Origin: Haplodiscus bocki
Taxonomy: Eukaryota
NCBI GenBank assembly: GCA_965655095.1
Contig: OZ296648.1
Location: forward strand, 40,300,001-40,364,000
Direction of reading: 5' to 3'
DNA length: 64,000 bases
Both the position numbers and the translations under genes were made by a program. Of the stretch, positions 48,901-63,000 are shown piece after piece. The notes under the pieces were generated by a model, which was not told the origin of the DNA, did no database searches, and saw only the letters and a program-made list of their open reading frames with translations. Each line of letters opens with the position of its first letter. Within the stretch, counting starts at the first letter, position 1.

Positions 48901-51900
48901 AATAGGAGCGACAAAAAACCAGAAAAGCGTCCATTTTCTCAACACAAATTGTCAACGGACTGGAATTTTGAAAACACCTGATGGCCTTTCCGATGGATTT
49001 GTTAGTTTTTAAAAAAAAGTTTGTACGTTACGTAAGCGAAAAACACCGTTGCCACTTTTTCAGGGACTTGCAGTTGCGTAGGTGATCCGGACCAGTTAAG
49101 CGTTTCCTGAGAAAATGGTGGATGATTGATAAAACGATAAACTCCGTGGTGGAATCAAGTTTCAGGCTAAGTGCTGTTCTAAACATATAACGCGAAGTTT
49201 ACTTGTTTCCGATGTATTACTAGATGGTTCAAAATATGCAAGAAACGGAACAAGCGTTGAGCTTGATCTGATTTTGCAAGTTTTATGTTATCTTTCCAAA
49301 ATGGAGTCAAAAGCTGGGTGCTTCTCAAAATCTGTCCTGGCGTGGAAAGAGAGTTCTTTGTTTAAACCGTTTTTTATACTGTTTGACTCTGCCGCAGGCC
49401 GGAAAAACCGTGGAACATAATTTCAAGCGGTCATTGATTTTACAAAAAGATTCGACGATTCTCACTTTCGTGGCAATTTTTGCCCTATAACTTGTCGTAG
49501 TTCTCTTCATGCTTTGTTGACTCTAAGTGTGGGGCAAATTAAAAGAACGCTTGGGACGTTTCAACTAAACGATTAGGTTTGAAGCGAAAAATCCAACAAA
49601 GTAGATATTTGTTCTAATGCATTAAAACTCAATCAGTTGAAAACTAAGGCTCTCATAGCGGAACCTTTTGTATCTCTGCTCTGATCATATTTTCATGACT
49701 TGACCAGACAATCCGAAAGAGCGATTCAAAACATCTTTTCTGCGCCAAATTCCACATAGTTGTAGTTACTTCCGACAAATATGAAAACACTTGTTTCGCT
49801 TCTTTTGCATTGAAATAACTTCCGTTATTTCACTTTAGTCAACTTTCGTCATGAAAAGAGTGTTGTATTGTCACTCTTTAACCCAGAGACATTTTCGCTT
49901 CGATCAGAAAAAAACTACGAAGAGTTTTCAAAAGTAAGTGATCAGATTGGATAAGGAGGCGAAACCAACAAAATGATAACGCCAAGTAGACTATTTTTGT
50001 TATCTAAAAGGCATATCTTTTTTATCGAGATCTGTAAATCCAAACCATTAAGTTTACTTTAGCTGTTCACAGATATTTTTAATCTTGTAGAACATATTTG
50101 CTTTATATTGCTAATCATTGTTTCACTAATGTCATGTGGGCCTATTGATCAGCAGTGTAATGGCGATTATTAAAGCAAAAGATGTAACGGGTAACCTTGA
50201 ATTCTTTACTCCAAGAAATTTTTTGTTGGCGTAAGTTGTTGCAGTACGAATAAATAGCCCAAAAATTCCATTTTAAAACATTGGCAACACCAGAAGCTCA
50301 AACCTATAGATTATCAACCAGCTTTTTTATCTTAATGGGCTTTTAGTGCAATTCAAATTTTACGACAGGACGCACGACAAGACGTGCAAGCAAAAAAACA
50401 TCACGCTTGACAAGACATTTTACCGAAAACTTTTTTTCGGAAAGTCAAAATATGCGTCACTACTAAACTTGAGGAGCCGCCCTGTGGTAGAAGGGAACTC
50501 TACTCTTCACTTGATCAGCTCACACAGTTACTAATGACGCTAGCTTCTTAATGTCGACGTGCGTTTTCTGTCGCAACTTCCACATCTCGCTAACAATAAC
50601 AAAAGGAGCAAAGTGACAAGCCGCGATTATCAGAAGGACAAAACTGTACTTCTTTTTCAGCGTAATGAATAATGACAGAGGTCACGTGCTTTCGAGTACA
50701 GCAAGCTTGCAGGCTAAATAGAATTAAATCAAACTGCGTCTTGGCCATATGCTAGCATTCGACACTTTCTTTGTACTCAAAGTTGGCGTTTGTTTGAGGA
50801 AATGATCTTCCTTCTTATTTGGCAAACCAGTTTCTCGCTTTCATGTTTTTTCCGCATGTTCATAAAAGATTGAAGCTTTCTCAAATAATAGATTTTTCTC
50901 GCCGGAAGATGAAACGTGGCACCAGATTTTTAAAACTTCAGAAAATATCAGAATTGAGGTTCAGCGACTATTTGACTTGGGTCATCCTTTTGTCCTTCGA
51001 TTTCCGCTGTTTCCCTGCCAAGCCATTTCTCCGTGCATATTTTGACATTTTTTTAATAACCAAAACAAAATGTCAGTACGTTTTCGCATTTTTTGAGATT
51101 GTTTTTTGGTTTTCTCTCTATTGTTTTAACGTAACTTTTTGCCATGTCGCCTTTTTAATGTCAATCAAATTTTTTTCACACATTCAACGTAGATCAAAAC
51201 AAAAAGTTGCGTTCTGAAAGCTTTACCTATTTTCCGGAATTTGATCTAAAAACTGTTGCTTTTATTTTTTTCAGTTTTTTCAGCTTTTTTTTCCAGCTGC
51301 CTTTTGAAATCGGAACATTTTATAAACGCAAAAATATACATCGGCATTGGAACTTTCGAACGTTTTGGCGCACTGAGTTTCTTCATTGGCCTCTACGGTT
51401 TTTCTGTCGGTTGAAATTAAACTAGCTTTACCTTCTGTCCCGCTTCCTCCTGTTTTTTTTAAATTTTACTTTTCATAGCAATTAGGTTTTACCAACGCGA
51501 CATAGAAGCACACGTTTTTCTCTTTGGGGTACAAAGTTCCAGAAATTTTCTTCATTGTCCTTTCCGGTGGTCCGAAGTCAACTGAAATTAGATAACTCCC
51601 CAACTTTTTCATAACTTTCGATTTTTGCTATTCAATTCTGATTCTCAGGAGCAAGTGCATCACAAACCAATATGAGAGTGTCGATTCTACATCTCTTTTT
51701 GGAATTTGGAATGCTATGTCTTCTATATCTTCTTGTCGAAGAAAACTCGCTTTGGCGTTTTCAGTTATCGGAACAGCCATACAGCTCTTTTTGTTTCCTT
51801 TGCATTTTATTTTGTCTTCCAAATCAACTACACATCAATCTAAACTGAACAAAATGTGTTTTCCCTGGAATGTTTTTGAAACTTTGACGTTTTATTCGAA

Positions 51901-52999
51901 AATTTAATCTTGGAGCTCACGAATCATTACACCTGTCACAAAAATTAAAAATGCAGGCCTAACTGCTCTAAACAATTTCTTCAAGTTGAGGTCATGTAAA
52001 GCAACCCGCTTTCACAGCAGGGAGCGGTGAGCGTCTTTTCGCCCTTAAAGTGCCAGTGCTTGGTGTAGTTTTTGTCCGAGGACGAACTGATAACTTCACA
52101 TGTGAAAGTCGTATACAACAAGAAACTTACTTTTTTTCTTCTTCATTTCTAAAGAAAACCAACTGCAGCTCCAGACAAAACCCCAAAGAACCGTAGTGTG
52201 TCAGTCTGGCAAATGTCTCTTTTTTTTTAAGTAAAAATGTTTCCAGATATTTTCAAAAAGTTTCGGAGTTTTGTATATACGTCTTTTTCTGTATTGATAT
52301 GTCGTGTTCTTCACAATTTTCGAAAAACTGGAGGTATTGGATTCACTGGAACTTTAAAGCAATGCTTCGCGCCTGTATACAAATTTCCTTTCCGAAAATA
52401 TAGAGCAAAAATTCAAATAATGCTTAGCGACACTCTCGGAACAAAGTTGATTACTAGCTGGCAGTTTTAGGAAGTTTCTGTGGGGCCTAGTGTTTCATAA
52501 TTTCTAAGAAGAGCAAATATCTTCCGAGACCTGATTTAGTATCACAGTCACTACGGCCAAGCTTGTAGAAATAACTTCAACTGTGATAACTGGGTTTTGA
52601 TCTTTTTGATTAGCAGTTTTATCAAATATGTCCAATGAGATATGAATGGTAACGCAATCTTGGCTTGAAACATTGGCCGAATGTTTGGCTTGTATCAGGG
52701 CGGTGACAGCGGTCAAAAACAGCTGCAGAAGCCGCTGATCACCAAAAAAATTGGGGGGCATTGAAGGCGTTTGACCTGAAAAGTAGTGGTTTTAGGGGTG
52801 TTTGATTGGAAAAACGTAGGTGGCAATTTTCACTATTTCAATTTAAAAAATGCTGGCGTTTTCTCATGTGTTATACCAGTGCGATAGCGGCGAACTATTA
52901 TCTCTGGAGCAAGCAACAGCGTCCAAAAAGGAAGAACTATGGCATTCACCATCAGGATATGAAAATGTTTAGCGAACGAAAGTATTGCTAGAATTAGAG

Positions 53000-53950
53000 A
53001 ATTGCCGAAACTTTCTTAAGTATCGAACTAAAAAATCAAGTCTTGCAAAGTTTAACTTTTGTGTTGTCTCAACTAGTTTTGACATGGTCACTGACACTGG
53101 CAGGGCTACAATTTGCACGTACAAATTCAGAGCCCCTTCATTGCCGAAAGAATTGCAAAAAAACAAGGACCCTCCATAACTATGATTTCATCTAAAAACG
53201 ATTTGAAGATTATAAGCAACAAAAAACGGAATTTTTTTTCTTGGCTACCCATGGGAACTTCTCAGAAACCAGTATGCTACTAAACCGAATCCCTAGGAGC
53301 CAATCACTTGACTGCAATTTATATGCACAAAACTTGACTTTTAATTTTCTGGGAAAACTTTTTGGACGAGAAGCACCGAGCGCAGAGTTGGGTAATCCTT
53401 GGTTTCGACGCACAATTGAGAAATCTCTGCCCAAACGTGATGAGGTATACGTAATATACAGTGGTAGGTTCAGGGTTCACTACGTGAAGAGACACTTTTC
53501 CTGTATGATCCTCTTCATGATGAAGATCATTCAAGAAAACGTTCCCATTAGGTGTTTGGTTTTCGCTACCAGCATCGTGGGACGTTACCGGAGCGTTTCG
53601 GAATTGCACCACAGTTTCTGAATTCAAACGAAAAACGTCTAACTTTGAAAGCGCACCAAGTATATGACGGACATTTGATTCCATCAATTTATCGGACACT
53701 TTTTTAGTTGTTGAAGCCTTAATTTCCCCGAAAACTTGTGGGATGTAATCCTGACTATTTTTGGTAGTATTTATGTCTCTCGACATGTGGTTCCTAGAAT
53801 GTTCCTATTGACTATTCCTGCTGACGCGGCTTGTTTTCTCTCATTTTTCGATGCTGCTGTTGGAGAAAAAAAATCAACAATTCTGAAGACTGAATTAGTA
53901 CAATCAAGTTTAAGAATGATAAAAATTTTGCTGGAAAAACGAAACTGCTG
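53000..53950 (-). pseudogene. Decayed LTR-retrotransposon gag-like remnant
   Basis: ORF 53319-53786 (DYIPQVFGEI..TKKVS..RHILGALSKLD) and downstream FFCNSF..GAL resemble an invertebrate gypsy gag leader; recognised from memory only. Confidence 0.5.
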
Positions 53951-54940
53951 GTTTTCGCATCAGAACAATGGTTCTAGGCTCTAGTACTCTCATCTTTTAT
54001 GTTTTTAACTTTTTTGGCCAGAAACTTGTTTGTTTTCACGGAAAATTGACGCTGAGATAAAAAGTAGGAAAACTACTTCTGAAGAATGAATGTAGGATTT
54101 GAAATTTCCATTGAGCTAAGAACAAAACACTCTGACGTTCATTTTTGTTCTTCAAACATTGCGTCCATTCTATCTTTCGACGGAAAATGGATGAAGTTAA
54201 TCCATCAGAATGGGAAACAAAAGTGTTTAATCCCGCGCTGTAATTGTATTTACGAAAAAAAGGCTCCAAATATCCTTTTCTATGTTGGGAGAAAAAGGAA
54301 GTTACCTCCCAATCAACTGGCTAACATTTATTATAAAAATTCCACATGGAAAAAACAGTGGCCATTTACTTGAAAAATGTTTAAAACGAGTATGAAGTAG
54401 GAGCGTTCCTAGCGCGCTGCTCATTTTTACTTCAGTTTCCAAGCTTGTTCCTGACTGTTCTGCTTTCTTCAATTAGCAGCGAAGGCGAGTATTTGAGCTA
54501 TGCAGCGAACTGAATCCCGTAATCATTCCAGAATGAGCTGTCATAAATCAGCTTTTTAGCACAAGTACCAAGAAAGTGTGAGTCAATTGATGGCGTCACC
54601 AGACTAATAGTGACGGAACACGTGCGAAGCAGATAATCGTTCCTGGAGTCTTTTTTTGCCACTGCGTAGTCGGTTTGTTGCTTTGCGAATTTAAAGCTAT
54701 ATCAGTTTACATTGAGTTGAAAATACAGCAAAATCACTCTCTTTGGAACTCTAAAGATAGATTTTTCCCAAAATTATTTCAAAATTTATAAAAAAAACTT
54801 TTGAACTGTCACAGGAGGCTAGGTAAATACCTTCGTTTGTTCCATACCCTTTCCGGCCTAACCTCCATCAGTTTTATGAAAAATGATGCATCTAAATGAT
54901 AGTTATGGTTACGAATGTTACATAAAACTTGTTGTAGTGT

Positions 54941-55588
54941 TATTTTGCGCCAGATTGAAAATATGGAAAGCAAAATTTTCCTCTCACATGGGTGCGTTCT
55001 TTTAACCCGATGTTTGCCAATTGAGCTCGCGTGAACGAGCCAACATCGGTTAAACACGCGTTTGAATGTCATTTTTTTAAAATCAGATTGTAGCAAATTT
55101 GCATTAAACTGCGACTGAAATAGTAAATTTTCTCAAAACGTTCAAAAATTGGATTTTTTCTACAAAAATAGCTGGGTTTTTCGTTGAAAAATCTTGATTT
55201 TTTTTTGAAAATCGCTAAAGGTAGCAAATTTGCTGTAGAATGCAACTGAAGGAGTAAAATTTCTCAAAACGTTCAAAATTAGGGTGTTTTCAAAAATAGA
55301 TAGGATTTTCGAAAAAAATCTTGAATTTTTTTAAAATCGCTAAAGGTTCTAAATTTGCTGTAGAATGCGTATAATATGGTAATGTTTCTTAAAAATGTGT
55401 TCTCAGCCCGCATTATGAGGTTTATTTTGCAAAAAAAAGACATAAAATTTTGAGCGTTGGAAAAATTAGAAAGTATGATGAAGAAAAAGTTTTTTGTTTT
55501 CGAGGAAAAAACAATTTCATCTTTTAAAAATGCGTCTTTAACAAATTGGGAAGGCGCAAAATATGCCGGTGGTAGCCGGCCGTCTTGT
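54941..55588 (+). mobile_element. Non-autonomous Helentron/HINE (DINE-1-like) element
   Basis: 11-bp subterminal inverted repeats TATTTTGCGCC (54941) / GGCGCAAAATA (55553), 3' GC hairpin GCCGG-tggtag-CCGGC (55565-55580), T-rich end, three internal tandem units of about 130 bp, and an internal hairpin at 55001-55054. Confidence 0.72.
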
Positions 55589-55619
55589 TTTGTTTATTAG
55601 GTACTTCATTAGTCATTCT

Positions 55620-56450
55620 GGGAGCAAGGAATTGTTGTTTTTCTTGGAGTCACTTGTCCACAGGCTTTGCAGGTGCGCTACGACAAAAGGTTTTTCCATG
55701 CATCTTCATAGAATATTCTTAGGCAGCGGCTAGTGTAAGATCGTTGATTGGAAACGTTTGGGCAAATTCGTTCCAAAACGAACATCTCCGAGGAACGACG
55801 CAAAAAAATCGTTGATTGAATAATTGCAGAGCGTTCTTGCCATTGAACGGTTCCAGGGTGACGTTTCTATAATTTTTGTACGGGTGACGTATCAATGTTT
55901 TCTGATCAGAACAGTAAATCTTGAAAGATATAATTACGATGGATTTGGTTGAAATCAGAGGCAAAAAATATAGTCAAAATTTTACAGGAGTTCAGAAAAG
56001 TTTGAGGAAGAAGAATGAATTCTTCAAAAGCACCATAGCAAATGCGTGAGGTCTCAGAGTCTTTCTATCTTTCATTTGCATGACAAATTTTGCCAAACTT
56101 TTTCTTGTTTTTCTTCAACAACTGGAATCTTCAACAACTGTGGTTCCGAAAAGCCTTGTAATGTAAACGGGCAGCTCGCGAACAAGGATAGGAGCCTTTC
56201 GGATGCATTGAAAATGGAAATTGCCAAGCATAGGTTGTTCTCTGAGAAATTTCCTTCCGGCGGCAACAACTTCCTCTAAATCTTCGATCAAGACCCCAAG
56301 TAAGTCGAAATTTTCATGAAAATTACCACAATTATCCAACTTTCCACAAGAGACATTTATACTAAGTAATAGTTCTGCCAAAGGACTCCCCACCAATTTA
56401 ACTTCCTGCTAATTTTTTTTTGCAGGAGGTGCTTTCTTCAAGTCGTCAAC
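55620..56450 (-). pseudogene. Second decayed gag-like remnant
   Basis: KVWQNL, FHENFDLL..IEDL and a CKACG knuckle-like end; weak. Confidence 0.35.
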
Positions 56451-56600
56451 TCGCATTGACCTAAAAATCTGTCGACAGTTACCGACAGGTCCCAAGTATG
56501 TCAGCACTGAGCTGTTTCCTTAAAAAAGCATTCATATAGACCGCAACTGCGGTTGCCCGAAAGAGCACAAAAGGACACTAATTGTCTTAATCTTGACCAA

Positions 56601-57010
56601 CACTGTAAATCTGACGCATGCGAAATTACCTGCAAATGCAGGTAACTTTACATGCGGATCGCATGTAAAAAGGGCCCACACACAGTTTACATGCGTTACA
56701 TGCAGTTTACCTGTGAAAACAGCTAAATTTATCCGAGTCTACGTGGTAAGCACCTCGCGCAGAATACACGCGAATTGCCTGTAGTCGCATGTAAATTTAC
56801 CTGAATACAACGTGTATTTCACAGGTAAATCTACATGAGGAAATCATGAAAATTTGCATGCGATTATCATGCAAAATTCCCCGCTTTTGCAGGCAAAAAT
56901 ACATGCAATTTGCCGGACAAAATGCTATAATCGCAGGTAAAAAATCCGCCAAACGCCGCCAAAAAAACTGAAAACGCAAGCAAAAACAGCCGCACAACCG
57001 GAGGTGAAAA
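56601..57010 (+). mobile_element. Truncated MITE / non-autonomous DNA transposon (CACTG terminus)
   Basis: Starts CACTGTAAA; stacked palindromes TTACCTGCA-aa-TGCAGGTAA (56626-56645) and TTTACATGCG-gat-CGCATGTAAA (56647-56669); no matching right terminus. Confidence 0.6.
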
Positions 57011-60000
57011 TAGTAGTTTGTCCATATGGACTATTACCAAAGCTTTTACGCAATTTCTTTTCTCAATAATATTAGCTTCTTTTTCATTTTTTAAAGTCAT
57101 TTTGAGTTTTTTCCCGAGAAAAAGTTTGGGAGAAAGGTCTTTCAAATTTTTTTCATTTTTCATTCCATCATATTTCTCAATTACTTTTACAACAGTTCAA
57201 ACAGTTTCTTGAATGTCAACGCCCAATAAAGTACCAATTTCACATCTATTTCTCGTTCTTTCAACTTTTGCAGTTTTCAAAACTTTCTACTTATCTGGTA
57301 CATGTTGGAGAATTTTATCTTCCTGGTTGCCAATATTCATCGTAGGAAGGGCGCAAAAGTTTGAAAATAATCGTTGAAAAATGAATTAAAGAAATTGTCA
57401 TTCATATCTAATAAGAATGCATATCGACTTTCAATCTAACGATGAACTGAATCACATGTAGCTATTGCACTTGGATTTAAACTATTAGACTCAGAAACCA
57501 ATAGGGAGTCTTTGCCTCAACAGGCTTTGGCTCCACCAATCTGTTGCGAGTAGCAGTGGAACAAAAGGAGTATAAGATCGCAAATCTCAACACGTCAAAC
57601 CAGGCGAAAAATTTTACGGTTAGGTAACCATTAAAGATTTTCATATTAAAGAAATGTTTCAAATTGATTTATTAAGTGATTTGACGTATTTCCGCAGATC
57701 TTATATGACACTCAATGTGCGATGGGAAAATTACACCCAACGAACTGTCCTGAGGATCGCAGTAAGCCTGCTGCGAGTGGAAACAAGACCAAGGATATCA
57801 GTAGTCTGTAAAAATTCAGATTTGGAAGTACGCGAAAAAAAATCCTCCGAAAAGTACAGCAAAAAGAAGTATTAGACCACATTTTCTCTCAATTACGATG
57901 CTTTTTATCGTAAAAGTTTGATAATTTTAAAAATTTTTTGTTTTGTTTCGGAAAATATAGTTTTTTTTGCTACACTCAAATCAGCACCCTTGTAACACCG
58001 GATAACCGACCAATTTGAAACCATCGATCAAAAATGCAAGTAGTTTCTTCATTGTTCACCTAATATTACTTAGAACAAAACCCCGCAGATGTGAAGAAAT
58101 CGTTCTTTTCCATCTCAATTTTCACTATCATTTCCTCCAAAATGTGCTTGTTTTATGTCAAAGTAGTAATCTGTTTGTATCAATGATTCTGTCACGCTCC
58201 TATCATACACTTTTCTCAACCAATCTATAGTTTTGAAAACCATGTTCATCACAAAAATGTTTTGTAGTCGTCTGTCCAAATGAACTAAAAGCAGTGTTTT
58301 TTAAATCAATATCTCCTTTACAGTAATCCGTATTGTACTGTAAGTTTTATAGTTATTTTGAACGATTTCCCAAGAAATTTTTGGGAAAAAGGTCTCGAAA
58401 ATTTCTTTCTTCATTATTCCATCCTATTTCCCAATAAATTTTACACCAATTCCAGGAGTTTCTTGAATGTCAACGCTCAAAGACGAATCAAACTTATATC
58501 CGCTTCCTAACTTTTTATTTCATGCAGTTTCCAAACGTTTCTCCTTAACTGGTACATGTTGAAGAATTACATCTTCCCGATTATCAAAAATTACGGTAAG
58601 AAAGGCGCAAAAGTGTAAAAAATTTGGTTAAAAATGAATTAATGAAATCGTCGTTTATATCTAAAATCAATGCTGAATCACTTTCAGTTTGAGGGTAGAT
58701 GGAGGCACAGGTAGCCGTTGGACCTAAAAATAAACTATTAGAATCAAAAACCTTTAATAAGGTCATTCATCGACAGGCGTTGGTTGCACCAATCTGTTAC
58801 GAGTAGCAATGGAACAAGAGAATTGTACGATCGCAATACCCATTACGTCAAACCACGCGCAGGTTGTTCCGCGTAGGTTCGTAATAAAGTGTCTAATAAG
58901 TAAAAGATGCTCCAAATTGTCTTCTTGAGTTAAATCGACCGATTTCAGCAGATGTTATGTGAAATTCAATGATCGTTGGGAAAAGTTACACACAATGAGC
59001 TGTCTTGAGTGTCGCAGTGCGCCCGCTGCAAGAAGAGATAGGATGAAGCACATCAGTAGTTTTTATACGTTCGGATTTGAAAGTAAGCGAAAAAACTTCC
59101 AAAAAAAGAGCAAAAAGAAATAGGTAACCTTTCACACTTTTTCATAATCAAGATGTTTTCTTGTGAAAAAATTTGACACTTTGAATTTCTTTTCAATTCC
59201 TTGTTTTGGAGGATACTTTTGTCGCTACAATAAAACCAGCATCCACGTAACGCGGGATAACAAACGACTTTAACTCCATCGATCAAAAATATAAGTGGTT
59301 TCTTCATTGTTCACCTAATATTACTTTGAATGAAATCCGGCAAAGGTGATGCAATTGTTTTTTTCCCTCTAAATTTGCACTATCAATTTCTGCATCACGT
59401 GCTAGTTTTACAAGGAAGTAGTATTCCAATTTTCTCATTTGTTCTGTCACTCTCCTTTAAGAAATTTTTCTCATCCATGCTAGAATTTTGAAAACCATTT
59501 TCATGACAAATGTCTTTTGTAGTAGCCTGGCCATATGAACTAGAAGCATTGTTTTTTGACTCAATATCTCCTTTACAATGTTTCTTCTTTTTTTTCAGTT
59601 TAAAGGTATTGTGAACAATTCCTCAGGAAAATTTTGGGAGAACGTCTCCAGAATTTTTGGTTATTCAGAAGTGTTTCTCTTTGCTCAATTACTTTTACAG
59701 CAACTGCAATAGTTTTCTGAATTTCAACGCTCAATGAAGTATCAGTTTTCACATCCAATCCTCAGACTTTTAAATTTTGTAGTTTTCAACACATTCTCCT
59801 TAACTGGTACATGTTGAAGAAATTCATCTTCTGGATTTTCAAAATCTTTTTGGTATGAGAAGGGCACAAAAGTTTTGACTTTTGGTTCATAAAAAAATTA
59901 ACAGAATTGTCCCGCATATCTATTGTAATTGCATATTCACTTTCAATTTGAGGGCAAATTGACTCACAAGTAGCCGCTTCTATTTGATAAAGACTATTGG

Positions 60001-63000
60001 AACCAAAAACCGATAAGACCTCATTTCTTCGAGATGCTTTGGCTCCGCCAATCTGTTGCAAGTAGCAGCTGTTGCAAGGAACAAGAGGCTTCTAAAAATG
60101 CAATACTCGATACGTTAAGGCGTGGGCAGGCTGTTGCGGGTAGCTTAGTTTTAAGGATTTTGATAGAAAAGGGAGGTTTCAAAATGACTTTTTGAGGCAA
60201 TTTGACGTAATTCCGTGGCTGTTGTATAACATTCAAAGAGAGATGGGAGAAAAAGCAATCAATTAACTGTCCTGAGTGTCCAATTTAGCCCACTGCCAGT
60301 GTAAACAAAACAAACAGAACAATAGTCTTTATTGATGCAGATTTGAGAGTTCGTGCAAAAAAACTCCTCGAAAAAAAATGCGAGAAAAAAACGTAAAAAA
60401 AACCTTTTTTTATCGTAATCACGATGCTTTCCATCGTAAGAGTATGATGAACTTTCTTATTTCGGGGTTTTTTTGCTGTTAGCAAATGAGCCTCCATGTA
60501 ACACGGGACAACAGACGTTTTTCAATACATTGATCAAAAAACAAGTAAAATCTTCATTGTTCCCTTTATTTGACTTGGAATGCAATCCCACCGATTTAAT
60601 GTCATCGTTTTCTTTCCATGTAATTTTTCACTGTCAGTTCATTCATGAGGTGCTAGTTTTACAATAAAAAAGTAACCAAAATTTTTCGAATGTTCCGTCA
60701 CTCTCTTATCACATTCTCTTTTCTGCAAATATAGTTCCTGGAAACAATGTTTTTCACAAAAACCTATTTAAGTAATCTGTCCAAACGAACTATTACCATT
60801 GTCTTTTTATCAGTTTTTCTTTTACAACTTTTGCTTCTTTTTTCTTTTTAGAGTTTTTTCTGAACTGTATTCCGGAAATGTTCGGAAAAAAAGCCTTTCG
60901 AATTTTTCTTTTTTTTTCTTCCATTTCCCGTAAATACTTTAACGCCAATTCCAAAAGACTTCTGAGAGCCAATGCTCAAAAAAGTAACAATTTTTCATCC
61001 GATTCTCAATTTTTTAACTTTTGTGGTTTTCAACACTTTGTCCTTTACTGGTGCATGTTGAAGAAAGGTATCTTCCGGCTTCTCAACATTTTTTGTAGGA
61101 AGGGCAAATTTTTTTTAATTTTTTGCCTAACGAATGAATCAACAAAAAATAGTCATTCACATTCAATGGGAATGAATATCCACTTTCAGTCACAGAATAA
61201 ATTCATACACAAAATTCCTCTGCACTTGGATATAAAGTTTTGGATTGGAATACCATTAATAGTTTTTTCTCCGTGATTCCTTGGTTCCGCCAATCTGTAA
61301 CAGGTAGCAGCGGAAAAAGAAGATTGTAACGTCAGAAAACTCAATACATCAAGGCACACGCAGGTTGTTCCTGGTGGATTGGTATGCAGTTTTCAATTTT
61401 GAAGGGATGTTTCAAATTGATTTTTTGAGAGGATTTGACGTGTTCCGTGGCTGTTAATTGGCATTCATTGAATGGTGCGAAAACTTGCACCCATTGAACT
61501 GTCCTAAGAGTCAAACAAAGCCCTCTGTCAGTGTATTTGGGACGAAGCATAAAAGTAGTCTATATGGATGCAGATTTGAGGGTGCGTTCAGAAAAATTCC
61601 TCTTGAAAATTGGTCAAAAAACTGTTGAAAAACCAATTTTTACCTCAATCGCGATGATCTCTCGTAGGAGTATGACAATTTTATATTTCTTTCTGTTTTG
61701 TTTCAGGGAAAATTTTTTCACTATACTCAAATAGGCTTTCATGTAACAAGGGACAACTGACTACTTTGAACACGTCGATCAAAAACACAAGTGGTTTCTT
61801 CATTGTTCACCTAATATTACTTTGAATGAAATCCGGCAAATGTGATGCAATTGTTTTTTCCCTCTAAATTTTCACTATCAATTTCTGCATCACGTGCTAG
61901 TTTTACGAGGAAGTAGTATTCCAATTTTATCATTTGTTCTGTCACTCTCCTTTAAGAAATTTTTCTCATCCATTCTAGAATTTTGAAAACCATTTTCATG
62001 ACAAATGTCTTTTGTAGTAGTCTGGCCATATGAACTAGAAGCATTGTTTTTTGACTCAATATCTCCTTTACAATGTTTCTTCTTTTTTTTCAGTTTAAAG
62101 GTATTGTGAACAATTCCTCAGGAAAATTTTGGGAGAACGTCTCCAGAAATTTTGGTTATTTAGAAGTGTTTCTTTTTGCTCAATTTCTTTTACAGCAACT
62201 GCAATAGTTTTCTGAATTTCAACGCTCAATGAAGTATCAGTTTTCACATCCAATCCTCAGACTTTTAAATTTTGTAGTTTTCAACACATTCTCTTTAACT
62301 GGTACATGTTGAAGAAATTCATCTTCTGGATTTTCAAAATCTATTTGGTATGAAAAGGGCACAAAAGTTTTAGACTTTTGGTTCATAAAAGAATTAACAA
62401 AATTGTCCCGCATATCTATTGTATTTGCATATTCACTTTCAATTTGAGGGCAAATTGACTCACAAGTAGCCGCTTCTATTTGATAAAGACTATTGGAACC
62501 AAAAACCGATAAGACCTCATTTCTTCGAGATGCTTTGGCTCCGCCAATCTGTTGCAAGTAGCAGCTGTTGCAAGGAACAAGAGGCTTCTAAAAATGCAAT
62601 ACTCGATACGTTAAGGCGTGGGCAGGCTGTTGCGGGTAGCTTAGTTTTAAGGATTTTGATAGAAAAGGGAGGTTTCAAAATGACTTTTTGAGGCAATTTG
62701 ACGTAATTCCGTGGCTGTTGTATAACATTCAAAGAGAGATGGGAGAAAAAGCAATCAATTAACTGTCCTGAGTGTCCAATTGAGCCCACTGCCAGTGTAA
62801 ACAAAACAAACAGAACAATAGTCTTTATTGATGCAGATTTGAGAGTTCGTGCAAAAAAACTCCTCGAAAAAAAATGCGAGAAAAAAACGTAAAAAAAACC
62901 TTTTTTTATCGTAATCACGATGCTTTCCATCGTAAGAGTATGATGAACTTTCTTATTTCGGGGTTTTTTTCGCTGTAAGCAAATGAGCCTCCATCTAACA

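Noticed and set aside
50330-50800. CpG-richer stretch with CRE/E-box-like motifs as a promoter
   Set aside because: No adjacent supportable gene; short motifs are uninformative.
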